Shown piece after piece: positions 1-13,603 of a DNA stretch of 64,000 bases. The notes beneath the pieces were generated by a model. It was not told where the DNA came from, did not search any database, and was given only the letters and a program-made list of their open reading frames with translations. The stretch's first letter is position 1; the number at the start of each line of letters is the position of its first letter. The stretch lies in the NCBI RefSeq assembly GCF_009914755.1, contig NC_060930.1; one strand, written 5' to 3'. The DNA is from the human T2T-CHM13v2.0 reference genome, Homo sapiens. The position numbers and the translations under genes are program-made.

Positions 1-59
1 AAGGCAGGGGTGGGGAACCATAATCTTATGACTCAGAGGAAGTGAACATTTGGGAACAA

Positions 60-270
60 CTCTTCCATCTGCCATTGCAGATGGCTTGGGCTGCCGCCTA
101 GACAGGTGGTACAGAAGCAAATGGTTGGAGGTAGAAGCTCAGGAGAAAGGTTGGGCCTGGGTTCTAAATGAGCAACTTGTAAATGGCATTTACAGCCATA
201 GACCAGATGAGATCACCCAGGGAGGAAAAAAAAGAGAAAAGGCCTTCAGAGAAGATATTGAGAATATTGG
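60..270 (-). mobile_element. Degenerate L2 LINE fragment
   Basis: atggcatttacagccatagaccagatgagatcaccc resembles the antisense L2 ORF2 motif; boundaries approximate. Confidence 0.5.
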
Positions 271-1574
271 AAATCATCATTGAAGATCTAAAAAAAAAAA
301 ATAGAAGTGGTTGGTAGGTGAGAAATTAGGTAAAATTAGAGCCAAGCTTCTCACACTGCAGTGCGTCAGAGCACTGGGAAGGCCGTTACCCAACAGAGGC
401 TCAGTCTCACCCCCAGAGCTTCTGGTTCTGTGGGTCTGGAGTGAGGCCCAGGTGATGCTGACAATGCTGGTGGGTCTGAGGATCTCGGATATGGGGCGAG
501 TCAGACGGTGTCGGCCAATGTCAGAGGGTTGGACTGCAGTGGGTTTGGGGTCCTCAGGGACCAGGCAGAACTCGGTGTAGCATGCAGCCCAGATAATTTG
601 CTGGGGAGAAGATAAGGACCACAGGCATGGCTCAGCCCACACTCCCACCAGCAGGCCTGCCTGCAATGGCAAGCCCATCACAGGGCTCGGCATATTGTGC
701 AAGAGCCTCCGACTTCACAGGGCCTGAGGTGCACAGATCCATGGATGGCAGGAGGCCCCCTGGGTACTGCTGGCACGGTGGTGCCCACAGGCTGAGATGG
801 GCTTACCTGGAACTCAAACCATCAATACCGGATTCCTTCCACAGTTTGAAAATTGGCATGGCCACATCCAAAAATAACTCATAAGAATTCACATTAGCAT
901 TTGGCATTTCCAGCTTGCTCCTGTCAGCCCCATGAGCTCCTCAAACTAGAAATGTCTGGCCTATGTCTCTGCCCTTGCAGAGATCTTTCAGTGTGTCTGG
1001 GCCTCTGATATCCTCTCTTTCTCACGTGCTCTTCCACGGCCCAGCCCCTACTGCTTCTCTGAACACAAACACCCCTGATATGCCACCTGTGCAGCTTTCT
1101 CCTGGGGGGACTCCCCGCGGAAAAGGCAGCCTTCTGAGCCCCTTCATCCTCCAGGTTGCCATTGATCAGGGAAGGGTTTGTCCCTCCCGCAGGGGGTGGG
1201 GCACACAGGGGCAGTTCCCAGGCAGGGGTCTGGAGAGGTCCCCTGAATCCACTCCACTTCCTCTTTCTGACTCTCAGGGCATTTTGCCAGGTGCTCAGGG
1301 CTGGGTGCATTATTCCACAAGGCAGGGACGGGGTCTAATCCGTCCTCGCCGCCCCACATCAGGCAGCTGCTGAACGGAAGCCCGGGAGCCCAGGGGAGCT
1401 CTGGGGGTGCAGGCACCAGCTCAGGCTGTACAGCCTCTCCCTGCCGGGTCCGGAGGCTCCTGCTCGGCCTGGGAGCTGCCTGGGGAGACTCCATCCTGAG
1501 TCTCCTTTCTGGGCACCTGCTGTCACCATGGCACAGACCACGTGGGACCATCCCGATTGCTGCTCCATCTCCCG

Positions 1575-1686
1575 GGTTGGTTATGGGGGAGATATGGTTG
1601 GTTATGGGGGAGATGTGGTTGGTTATGGGGGAGATATGGTTGGTTATGGGGGAAATATGGTTGGTTATGGGGGAGATATGGTTGGG
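1575..1686. repeat. 21-bp minisatellite (ggttggttatgggggagatat) x~5
   Basis: Direct repeats visible; explains the NHISPIT and GYGGDMV repeats in the ORF track. Confidence 0.97.
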
Positions 1687-3099
1687 GCAAGCACAGCTTT
1701 GCATTTATGAGAGCGTGAGACAGCAATGGATCTTCAGAAAGCTCTAGAACAGGCGGGCTGCTGTGCCTGGTGACCCAGCCTGGTTAGGACACAAAACCTG
1801 AGATGGGCTGCTGGAGGAGAGCACTGGGCCTCTAGGCATGCAGGGGCACTCCAGTGTGAGGGCACACCCGCTGACCTCGAGTGTGGGAACACGGCGGGCC
1901 TGTGTTCCCTCCGGACCACGAGTTTCCATGTTTTCATTATTTTCCCTTTCATCTTAAGACTCTCGAGATTTGAGCAGCCCCGCATGGCATAAAGAACCCT
2001 GCTTACGTGCATGGCACCTGCCTGCTTGAGTTCAGCAGGGCACCTCCAGGAATCACAGGGAAACCAACTCTCTAAACAAGAGGAAAGGAACTCGCCCCCG
2101 GTGGACTTTGGATTGGCCGGTCCCAGCTTCTGCCTACACATTGGGCTGGCTGGGGAGGGGCTGCGGCTTCTGGGGACACAGGGACCCAGGCTTCTCCCAG
2201 GTCCCCCTGAACTGCTTGTGGAGCCCGTCATTCCGCATTTGTGTGTCACACACGATTTCCTTGAGACCTCCGCCCCTCTCTCCTCGTAAACTCCTCTCCA
2301 ACAGAGAAAGGAAGCCCTTGTTCATGAGATAACGGCTCCCCTCTCTCCAGTCAGGAACTGAAGCAGAGGTTTCATCAGCCTGGGAGAAAAACAGCCCCTT
2401 TGGTTCTCAGTGTGGCCATCTCTCTTGGTGGGCATGTAACTGGCCGCCAGGGTCCCGCAGAGCCTCCCGGAGTTGCTCTCCACGCCCCACACCTGCAGGA
2501 TGCGAGCTGTGGTCCCTAGCATGGTCCTGGGCCAGAGGCGGATGGGGTGGTCCTGCACTCTTTAAATGAAGGGTAAACAAAGGTGCTTCCTCAAAGTGAA
2601 TTACTCTGCGTAAACACATATGTCTGCGTCCTTTGCTTTTGATCCAAGGACTTGGTCCCATGGAGTTGAAAGCATTTCTTGTCAGATCCGGCCCAATCTC
2701 AAAGTTGGAGGCAACAGCGTGAAAGGTGCGTGACTATGCTTGGTTCCTTAGGTCGTTCTCTGTCCGACCCCCCTGCACCCCCGTGACATCAGATCCCACC
2801 CCGAGTTGGTGGTCACTTTAGGACTGAGCCTTCTCCTTGGGCTGTGGAGGGTGGGGCCTCTGCCAGGAAGCACTGGAGCCATGTCACCAAGGGCCAGGCC
2901 TTACACTCGGCCTCCGGTGATCCTGGAGTTGCACCTGCGTCCTCTGAGAAGCCAGCTTCCTCAACGTAGCGGAATGCACACATCTGAAGAAAGCGGTCTC
3001 CCCTCCTCTTAGCATCCCAAAGAAACAACAGCTGCCAGGGAGCCACACCAAACCAAAGAAACCCTGACGAGATGAATGACCAAGCGTGTGGAGCCCCAA

Positions 3100-4552
3100 C
3101 CTCCCCTCTCCGTCCCCTTCCCTCCCCATTCCCTCCCTTCCCCTGTTCCCTCTTCTACCCACCCCTCCCTTCCTCTATCACCTCTCCTCCCCATCCCCTC
3201 TCCTCCCCTTCCCCTCCCTTCCCCCGTCCCCTCTCCTGCCCTGTCCCCTCCCTTTCCCTGTCCCCTCTCCTTCCCATCCCCTCCCTTCCCCTGTCAGCTC
3301 TTCTCCCGATCCCCTCTCCTCCCCATCCCCTCCCCATCCCCTTCCCCTCTCCTCCCCGTCCCCTCCCCTCCCCATCTCCCTTCCCCTGTCCCCTCTTCTC
3401 CCCACCCCTCCCTTCCCCTGCCACCTCTCCTCCCTCTCCCGTCTCTTCCCCGTCCCCTCCCTTTTCCCGTCCCCTCTCCTCCTGTCCCCTCTCCTCCCCA
3501 TCCCCCTCCTCCCCATCCCCCTCCTCCCCATCCCCTCTCCTTCCTGTCCCCTCTCCTCCCCTTCCCCCCCTTCCCCTGTCCCCTCTCCTGCCCTGTCCCC
3601 TCCCTTCCCCTGTCCCTTCTCCTCCCTGTCCCCTCCCTTCCCCGTCCCCTCTCCTCCCTGTTCCCTCCCTTCCCCTGTCAGCTCTCCTCCCCATCCCCTC
3701 TCTTCCCCATCCCCTCTCCTCCCTGTCCCCTCTTCCCCTGTCACCTCCTCTTCCCATCCCCTCCTCCCCGTCCCCTCTCCTCCCCTGTCCCCTCCCTTTC
3801 CCTGTCCCCTCTCCTTCCCATCTCCTCCCTTCCCCTGTCAGCTCTCCTCCCCATCCCTTCTCCTCCCCATTCCCTCTCCTCCTCGCCCCTTCCCTTCCCC
3901 TGTCCCCTCTCCTGCCCTGTCCCCTCCCTTCCCCTGTCCCTTCTCCTCCCTGTCCCCTCCCTTCCCCGTCCCCTCTCCTCCCTGTTCCCTTCCTTCCCCT
4001 GTCCCCTCTCCTCCCCATCCCCTCTCCTCCCTGTCCCTCCTTTCCTCCCCATCCCCTCTCCTCCCTGTCCCTCCTTTCCTCCCCATCCCCTCTCCTCCCC
4101 ATCTTCTCTTCTCCCTGTCACCTCTCCTCCCCATACTCTCTCCTCCCCATCCCGTCTCCTTCCTGTCCCCTCCCTTCCCCATCACCTCTCCTCTCCGTCC
4201 CCTCCCTTCCCATCCCATCTCCTCCACATCCCCTCCCTTCCCCTGTCACCTCTCCTCTCTGTCCCCTCCCTTCCCATCCCATCTCCTCCCCATCCTCTCC
4301 CTTCCCCTGTCAACTCTCCTCCTCATCCTCTCTCTTTCCTATCACCTCTTTTACCCTGTCACCTCTCCTCCCCGTCACATCACCTACCTTCTCGTCGCCT
4401 CTCCTCCCCCACCCGTCGCCTCTCTTCCCCATCACCTCTCCTCCCTGTCACCTCCATCCCCCTGTCACCTCCCTCTCCATTGCCTCTCCTCCCTGTCACC
4501 TCACCTCCCCCATCACCTCTCCTTCCTGTCACCTCCCTCCCCCTCACCTCCT
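3100..4552. repeat. ~1.45 kb C/T-rich polypyrimidine minisatellite
   Basis: Almost all C/T with recurring units such as cccctctcct, ccctgt and ccccat; gives the artefactual Pro/Ser/Leu ORFs. Confidence 0.97.
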
Positions 4553-4755
4553 TCACACACTCACGCACTCCCACCTACTCGCTCATCGACTATCCCACAG
4601 TCAGGTGCTCACACACACACCAACTCTCCCACAGCCACAGGCACTCACACACCCACCAACTCACCCACAGCCAGGCACTCACCCATCACAGCACTCTGCA
4701 GACACATCCCGCCGCCTGCACACGCACTCACACTCACACACATGCGCACACACGT
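4553..4755. repeat. CA-rich low-complexity tract
   Basis: cacacactcac-like units. Confidence 0.8.
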
Positions 4756-5586
4756 CCAGCTGCCACCCCACGTCTATCATGGGAACCCACTGATGCAGCG
4801 ACTCCATTCATGTTCAGAGACGTGTGGGGCTTTTCTGTCCACAGGTGTGACCAGACGTCCTGTACAGTGTGGAGCTGTCCCCTGCTTGGAGGTGACTGTC
4901 AGTTCCACGCGGAGAGGAGAAGGGCTGCTCTGTGGAGAGGAAGCTGCAGATGGGGGTTCTGGTGCTGGATTGGGAAGAGAGCCTCCGAGCACGTCTGTCT
5001 CCGGGAACATTTCTGGGGAACGGTGCGCTCGGCTCCATGCCTCTTCTCAGGTCCCAAGTGAGGTGCGGGGAGGCGCAGCCTGGCCCAGTTCTCACCACTG
5101 GGTCAGGCCTGGCAGAGGCGCAGCCAGCAGGACTCAGGTGCTGGGTTGCGGACAGTGGCCTGCAGGTGCCCTGCCGTGGGTCACAGCAGCAACACACCCT
5201 TGGCAGCCACAGAAGAAGTCAGGAGGGAGACGCTGCATGCCCCCTCTTTCCTGAGCCCAGGCCCCCAACACACACACATTGTTTTGCGAGCTGGAAGACC
5301 CCTGAGTACGCAGGAGAGCCACCAAATGAAAAGGCCTTTGAAGAAAGAGGTTGGGTGCAAGAGACTTGGACACGCACAACGTCCACCCCATCTCACAGGG
5401 ACACAGGGCCCCCAACATGAGCCTGGCAAAGACGCCCCACGCTTTCTGTGGTCTGATGTTTAGCAAAGGTAGAATGGCTGTCTAAGGGGCCTGTGATTGG
5501 AATTTTACGAAATGAGGTGCGAGCAGGTTCCAAGTCCCTGGTTTTCCTCCTCGCTCAGTCCCCCATGAAATTGAGAATGCTTTTGA

Positions 5587-5881
<295 letters not shown>

Positions 5882-6489
5882 CCTTTATTTCTTTAACACT
5901 ACACTAATTGTAGCAAAAGTGCATCTGTGTCTCTTTTGGTAAGCCTTTGGTTTGTAACATGATAGAATCACTTGAAGCAAAATACTGCAGGGAAGGGAAA
6001 GCGCTCACTAACAAAGGTTCCCTCCCAGGCAGCACTTTGTCCTCCTAGCAGAGGCATCCTCCACAGGAGGTCCTGCTTCCCACCAGGGCCCCTCCCCTCC
6101 TTGGCGCTGTAGTTCCTGGCAAAGGAGGTCCTGGGAAGGTGAGAGCATCTGCATTTATGATTCCTAGCGGGTCAAACAGCAGCAGCAATGGAGCGGCGGC
6201 AGTGCGGCCACGGGATAAGCCACAGCTGAGCGTGGCCCAGGGAGTTTAACAGCTGGAGGCTCGCTAATCCCCAGGGAAACACTCACGCTTCCTGGTGTTA
6301 CCGTGTGCTTACTGGGCATGAAAGCCTTTTTTTAATGCCTATTTTTAATGATTAATTATATATCACATAATATATTCACAAATAAAGAAATTATCAGATG
6401 ACATGCTACACTTTTTTGGTGGGGAAAATACAATCAGTATAACAACGTGTACTACAATACATTTTGGTATAGATTTAAAAAAATTAATT

Positions 6490-7130
<641 letters not shown>

Positions 7131-7134
7131 TAAA

Positions 7135-7178
7135 TCCCAAAGTGCTGGGATTAAAGGCGTGAGCCACCATGCCTGGCC
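7135..7178 (-). mobile_element. Alu 5'-end fragment (44 bp)
   Basis: tcccaaagtgctgggattaaaggcgtgagccaccatgcctggcc. Confidence 0.9.
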
Positions 7179-7213
7179 AGGTATTTCTTTATAGCAGTGT
7201 GAGAACTAATACA
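7179..7213 (+). mobile_element. MaLR (MST/THE1) LTR 3' terminal fragment
   Basis: aggtatttctttatagcagtgtgagaactaataca matches the MST/THE1 LTR terminus. Confidence 0.75.
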
Positions 7214-7664
7214 GTCATTATTCAAAGATGTGACACATTGCAAAAAAACATGGCTTGTACAGAGCTGTTGTCACTTTTGTTCACAGCAGCCGTATTCTCA
7301 CGTCTGGCTGTGCTGCTGTTCCTTCCCACCCGTCCGGAGTAACAACAACAAAAAAGAGCCTCCTCTTCCCTTTCAGACTAAACCATCCTTTGGGAGTTAA
7401 AGAGTTTGATGACTGGCTGGGATCTGAGAAATTTACACAGATGTATATTAATCCACACAATCCAATGCGACCAGCAACATGCAGAATCACCCACATGGCA
7501 CTGGTGGGTCATAGTTGGGAGGCAGGGAGAGTGGGTGGGAGAGACAGCTGGCCCAATAACTGAAAAGAAATGAAATGGGAAGATTTCAGGGAAGCTTGTC
7601 TAGGCCAGAGCACACATGTAGGTCCAAGTTTGAGAACTGGCAGGAATCACAATTCCAATTTGTG

Positions 7665-7900
7665 CAGTAATAACTCACACCAAGTCACTTCCCTACGTGC
7701 CAGGCACCGTTTGAGGGGGTGGGGTGCATTTACTCATTGAGTCCTCACCGTGGCCTTGTAGTAGGTGCCATCACATTCCTGTTCACAGACAGGAAGACCT
7801 GGGCACAGGGGCTGAGTGCCCCATTGAAAGGGCATGCTAGCAAATGGCACGTTAGAAGTTTGAGTTCAGATGTCCAGGCACTTATCCACCAGCGAACCTA
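7665..7900 (-). mobile_element. MIR SINE
   Basis: tacgtgccaggcaccg..cacagacaggaagacctgggcacag resembles antisense MIR. Confidence 0.7.
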
Positions 7901-8384
7901 AGGTCTTTCTGCCTATCCTAAGATGGAACACAAAATTAGGCAATGCAAAGGCTACCACGACAACAGTGAGTCCTGAATAAACATGACTCCTGGCCTTCCT
8001 CCGTCCTTATGGTTTGTGCCCCCTGAAATCTGACTGTCCCAGCTGGCACATGGGGTGGGCCTAGGCCACAGTTTTGAGTGGGGAAAGATGGTGCAGAGAG
8101 GCAGCTTCTCCTCATTACACAGGGCCTCCTTTCTTACTTTATAAAGAGCCCATGCACGTCATAATTGCCTAACATCAAATTCTGATTTGGTAAATTCTGC
8201 TGCTCCGCAGGGCATGATCTAGCTTCACAATGCTGGCAAAGTATCGCATCACTTCCAAATGCTACTGCACTGTATTTATCTCCGCACCACTGAGCCCACG
8301 CTTGGCTCTGGTGAGACAGGACAGGCCCTGGCCACAGCAATCGCTCAGGATGCAGTCATTTTTATCAAAACAACTGTTGATGGC

Positions 8385-8600
8385 CTGAGGTTTGACGACA
8401 GATGTCCTAAGTTCAAACCTCAGCTCTGACACTTCCTCACTTGGTGACCCAGCAGAGAAGTTCCTCTTACTCTCCCAGCCTGGGGTTTCATCGTTTGTAA
8501 AATAGGGGGAGTCATGAAACCTGCTATGTAGATTCATGACGAGGACTAAATCAGTCAGAACACTTGGCACGATGCCTGATGTATAGATGTTAGCAACGAC
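8385..8600 (+). mobile_element. MIR SINE
   Basis: agttcaaacctcagctctgacactt..gtttcatcgtttgtaaaataggg..acttggcacgatgcctg MIR core. Confidence 0.75.
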
Positions 8601-8684
8601 AGCACTGCATTGAATCTTGGCAGCCGTCATTTACATAACACACCATTATTTGGGTGCTGTTAAGGAAAGAAAATGCTGGAAATG

Positions 8685-8770
8685 AAAAGACACTCCATCA
8701 ACTATAAGACATATCCCAATTTTGGAGCTAGTGGAATGTGAGAAAAGTGTGTGTGTTGAGATGGGTGAGA
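8685..8770. mobile_element. Possible MER104-like TcMar DNA transposon fragment
   Basis: tataagacatatcccaattttgg..aatgtgagaaaagtgtg resembles the recalled MER104 consensus. Confidence 0.35.
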
Positions 8771-9319
8771 CAGCACTGGGGTTGTTGGGGTGAATCACTC
8801 TGCCAGGACCTGGGGGCAGCGGACGACGGTGCCCGGCTGAACAGCGTCTTTGAACATAATCAGAGGGGGAGGCTGGACATGAGATAGTAGGATAGGCAAC
8901 AGAAAATAGCCCTCTGGTTTGAAAGATGGTAGCACTGCCTCCTGCATCATCTTATTTCTTTATCCTTATTTATCTTTTGCCCCAGATCCCCCAATTACTT
9001 ACTTTTATCTGAGTATAGCTGATGTATTTTTGTAAGCCTCTTTAAATATTTCCTAGGACAATGTGGTGAGGCGATACATAAGCAAAACAAAATAACATGT
9101 ATCACAATGCTTTCTTCTAAGGTTGAAAAATGTCTCCCTGTATTCCTTCCATTTCTATTTTTAAGAGCAGGGGTGGGAGGGAGAGGAAAGGAAAGAAGAG
9201 GACGCGACAGGGCTGTGCTTCATTGTACTTCAGTAAAACAGCAGAAAAGCGTGTTATTCAGCTATTCCGCATAAAATTATTAAGAGTATGCAGAGACAGG
9301 GAGCAGGAAACGCTTTGCA

Positions 9320-10061
9320 TGTTTCAATTATTTATTGCCCCGTAACTAACCGCCCCAAAGCTCAGCGGTGAAGCAACAGTGGATCATTTCCCACCACTCT
9401 GGTTGGCTGGACAGCTTCCACTATCTCACCTGGCTCCTCAGTGTGACTGGGGGGTGGGGGGTGGTGGGGCTGGGGGACTCGGGGGCTGGGAGCTGGCAGG
9501 GCTGGGGGAATGGAGGCCTGGCGGAGATGGGGGGCTGGTGGGGCTGGGGTGCTAGCAGGGCTGGGGTCTCAGGGGCCTGGGAGCTGACAGGGCTGGGGAC
9601 TGGCAGGACTTGGGGACGGGGGGTGCTGGGGGAGCTGGGGGCTGGCAGGGCTGGGGGCCTGGGGGCCTGGAGGGCTGGGAGCTGGCAGGGCTGGGGGACT
9701 GGGGGCCTGGGGGCTGGGGGCTGGCAGAGCTGGGATACTGGGGGCTGACAGGGCTGGGGGACTGGGGGCCTGGAGGGCTGGGAGCTGGCAGGGCTGGGGG
9801 ACTGGGGGCCTGGGGGCTAGCAGACAAGGCTGCACCTCTGTCCCAAGTCCTTTCTTTTCAGGCTTCTTCACAGCACAGGAGACTCAGGGGTCCAAGAGAG
9901 TAAGAACAAAGCTCAAAGCTCTGCAACCCCAGCTCCAAGACACACATGACATCCTTTTGCTACATTCTATGATGGAAGAAACTCCAAGGCGAAGCGAGCC
10001 CGCCTGTCAGTCGAGGGGTAGCAAAGCTCTGGGGTCATGGATCATGTTTGTCATCCACCAC
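9320..10061 (-). mobile_element. MLT1-family (ERVL-MaLR) LTR interrupted by a G-rich minisatellite
   Basis: tttattgccccgtaactaaccgccccaaagctcagcgg at the left end and gctacattctatgatggaag..ccaccac at the right end are typical antisense MLT1 motifs. Confidence 0.65.
9446..9820. repeat. G-rich GGGCT/GAGCT/GGCAG minisatellite
   Basis: Repeating ggggctgg, gagctggcagggctggggg and gggcctgg units. Confidence 0.95.
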
Positions 10062-10167
10062 GTGAGACCATGTGAGGGTGGTGAGCTAGAATTAGGTGAA
10101 CATTTTAAAAATTAAAATAGGCTTTCTAATACTGATTTTCTCCTCTTCACATTTCCTTCAATATATA

Positions 10168-10384
10168 CAGGTTGAGCATTTCAAATCCAAAAATCCATAA
10201 TTTGAAACCTGTGAGTGCCGACATGAAGCTCAAAGGAAATGCTCATTGGAGCATTTCTGATTTCAGATTTACGGATTAGGGATACTCAGCTGCTAAGTAT
10301 AATGCAAAATTCCAAAGTCCAGAAAAATCCAAACTCCAGAATGCTTCCGGTCCCAAGCATTTTGGATAAGGGATACTCAACTTG
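10168..10384. mobile_element. Tigger4a/MER46 (Zombi) non-autonomous DNA transposon
   Basis: TIRs caggttgagcat and ggatactcaacttg, flanked by TA on both sides. Confidence 0.9.
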
Positions 10385-11187
10385 TACTGATAAATCATTT
10401 TTCTTGAAAAAAAAAAAAGATTTCCCAAGATGTAGCTGATGTGAACACCATGTCCTGGCAGCCCGGCTGCCTCTAAGCAGTGGAGCTGCTCTCGGGCTCT
10501 GTGCTGATGAGAAGATGGCAGAGAGGGGGACATAGAGTGGGAGAAGGGGAAAGAGCTGCATGGCCTGGGGTACCTGTGGACTCAGGAAGGAGGAGTGATC
10601 CACCTGTCCACCAGTAACCACCATGATGTTCATGATGGAACAGTTTCACACTCCATTAACATAGAATGCTTTTTAAAGAACCTCAGTCATCCGGTAGTAA
10701 GAAGACCCAGTCAGGCAGCGTTTGCAGGGCCCCAGGAGACCCAGGCACTGAAGGGGTCAAAAAGCTTTCACCATTTGGCTGGAGGGGGTTATCTTCAGAA
10801 AATGATGAGTCAAATATGGGCCATTTGAACTCTCTCAGAAGGGACTCTCTTTTTCTACCTCCTACATGGAGCCACTCAATATGTATAAATACCCCCAAAA
10901 GGCCCAAGCTTAGAGTTATGTTTAGAAATTCTGACAAATTAGGGTTGATAAAAACAAGTGATCCAAGGAAAAGAGGATTATAGTCAAGAGCACCAAAGTC
11001 TTAAGCAAATGGCAGATATTATATGCAAGATACACGCTATATAGAGTGGAAAGCATAAAAACAAACTTGTTAAAGGTGGTCTCTTTCCTTAAATAACTAG
11101 TTAGAAAGAAAAATGTATGCTAATAGAAGATTATAAATAAAAATAGCAACATATTGTCCTAACTCAAGACCTTGTACAGATGCTAAT

Positions 11188-11955
11188 GCATCATCATCAT
11201 CACCATCATCACTGCCACCATCACCATCATCATTGTCAGCACCACCATCACTATCATCACCATCACTGTCATTATCACCTCATCACCATCCTTATCACCA
11301 CCATCATCATCATCACCATCATCACCACCATTGCCATCATCACTGTCATCATCATCTCCATTACCATTATCATTATCACCATCATTATTATCACCATCGT
11401 CATTGTCACCAACATCACTATCATCACCATCACTGTCATTATCACCATCATCACCACTACCACTGTCATTATCACCTCATCACCATCATCATCATCACCT
11501 CATCACCATCATCATCATCACCATCATTATCATCACCATCATCATCATCACCATCATCACCACCATCACCATCATCACCATCATCACCACCATCACCATC
11601 ATCACTGTCATCATCACTACCACTGTCATTATCACCTCATCACCATCATTATCACCACCATCATCACCATCACCATCATCACCACCACCATCACAGTCAT
11701 CACCATCACCATCATCACTGTCATCATCATCATCACTATCACTGTCATTATCACCTCATCACCATCATCGTCATCACCATCATTATCACCACCATCATCA
11801 TCATCACTATCAGCACCACCATCACCGTCATCATCATCATCACTATCACTGTCATTATCACCTCATCACCATCATTATCATCACCATCATCATCACCACC
11901 ATCATCATCATCACCATCATCACCACCACCATCACAGTCATCACCATCACCATCG
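11188..11955. repeat. Interrupted (CAT/CAC)n trinucleotide array, ~770 bp
   Basis: Seen directly; source of the poly-His, Ile/Thr and Ser/Pro ORFs. Confidence 0.98.
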
Positions 11956-11974
11956 GCATCAGGAGCACCCCACA

Positions 11975-12205
11975 TTCAAGTAAGCCTCCTGGGTGTCAGG
12001 CACTGTGCCAAGTGCTTTCACACACTGTTTCATATGGGCTTCACAAAACTCTTATAGCTTTAACCTGACCTTTTATAGATAAAGTCATATAGATTCAGGA
12101 AGCAACTAACTGGACCAGGATCACCAGCTGGCCAATGTAGTTATGGGACGTGAGCCAGGGGTGACTGATTCCAACACCTGTATTCCTAACCACTGTGCTT
12201 CCCTG
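11975..12205 (-). mobile_element. MIR SINE
   Basis: gtgtcaggcactgtgccaagtgctttcaca..ttttatagataaag..cctaaccactgtgct antisense MIR. Confidence 0.75.
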
Positions 12206-13603
12206 CTCTATAGCAGGCAGTGCCAAAAGTGCTCAGAGATGGCAAAAATGAAAATGATAGAAAAAACTTATCCTCTAAATATGTTGTACAGTGCACATCT
12301 GTGCTGTCTTTTATCCTGCCGATGGTTTACTTTTTGAAAAACAACCCATTTCATCTAAGCAACTTGTTTTTAAAAGTAAACCATCACCTATTCTGATTTA
12401 ATAAGTGGCATACACAAAGTTGAAACTAAAGTCAATGGAAATCAGTTCATAAAATCTTTGGGAAAAACTGAAGCAATCAGTGGTGACAAGGCTGGAACTG
12501 AAGATACATTTGACTGGGTTGCCCTCAGAATCCCACGCTCCATAAATCATCCTTGTTCTCTGCCACCCTGAGTTTATCAGGGACGTTCTTGCCCTGTAAT
12601 TCACCCTGAACCATCATGCTTTAGTTTCAAAAAAGTAATTAAGCACTGCCCAGATAAAAGAGATAAAGATTTAGAATGCATTATACAAGCAGATTAGAAT
12701 GTGAACACAGAAATCTCAATTAACCTTCTAATCTGTAGGTCAGAAGGAGGGGTCTCTGAGTTACAAGGAGAATACAATGCCAATTTCCTGCAGACCCCAT
12801 TGAGCTGGTGACAAAATTCAGGTCACAGCTATTAGTTATAATAACAGGAAGAAAACAAAAGATTGTGCAGTTTATTTCTGAAAAGAGTGGTGCCCAGACA
12901 AAGCCAATCCCAAACGCTGAGCCTGAGGCGGGGTGGGAGACAGCCTTCCCAGCCAGCTGCAAAGTAACCTTTGAGTTTCCTAAAAATCACTTTCTAGAGG
13001 AAAGGAGGCATTGGCATGAGCACATGTGATAAGCAAGGGGAACTTCTCAAGCCCAAAGCACAGTATGGCGGTGGTAGTTCAGGTTCATGTCAAGGCGCAT
13101 CCTGCACGGCTACCGAAGACTGGCCAACCTGGGCACAATGCCACAGGACCTCTGTCTCCCAGCCTCCGTTTTCCATGTGCTGGGCGGTCAGGATCCTTTG
13201 AAGAACTGTTTGGTTGGTAGCTTAGGGAGGTTATTGTTTAGTTATCACAATCACTCATTCAAGGTCTTGGGCATTCTTGAGATGTGCTTGAATGTCCTTA
13301 CAGATCCCCACGGTGCCTTCTAAAGGTCAGCTGGGAGAGGGACGCAGGCTGCCCATCTTGGAGGTGAGGTGCTCAGAAGTGCTCAGCAATAGGCAGCTTG
13401 CATTTGCCCCTAGTTCCTCCCACAGCCTCAGCCCAGAGGACAGGGCGAGTCTTTTCTTCTCGTGGGACCCTGGCCTGAGCTTTCTCTGACTCCCTCCCAC
13501 TCTCCAGTAATTTATCAGCTCATCCCTGTCTCAGCCAGATCTTCAGAAAGTGGAGCCTCCATTTACTAGTGTGTTCTTGAGCTTGGGTGAAACCATGTAT
13601 GTA

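Noticed and set aside
2686-2725. 40-nt plus-strand micro-exon (cag|ATCC..AAAG|gtgcgt)
   Set aside because: Splice-like signals alone occur often by chance, and no partner exons were found.
3072-5254. 573-722 aa Pro/Ser/Leu-rich ORFs
   Set aside because: All three frames are open because the C/T repeat lacks stop codons; no domain or exon structure.
11180-12068. Poly-His / His-rich protein ORFs
   Set aside because: Translation of the (CAT/CAC)n array; open in all frames.
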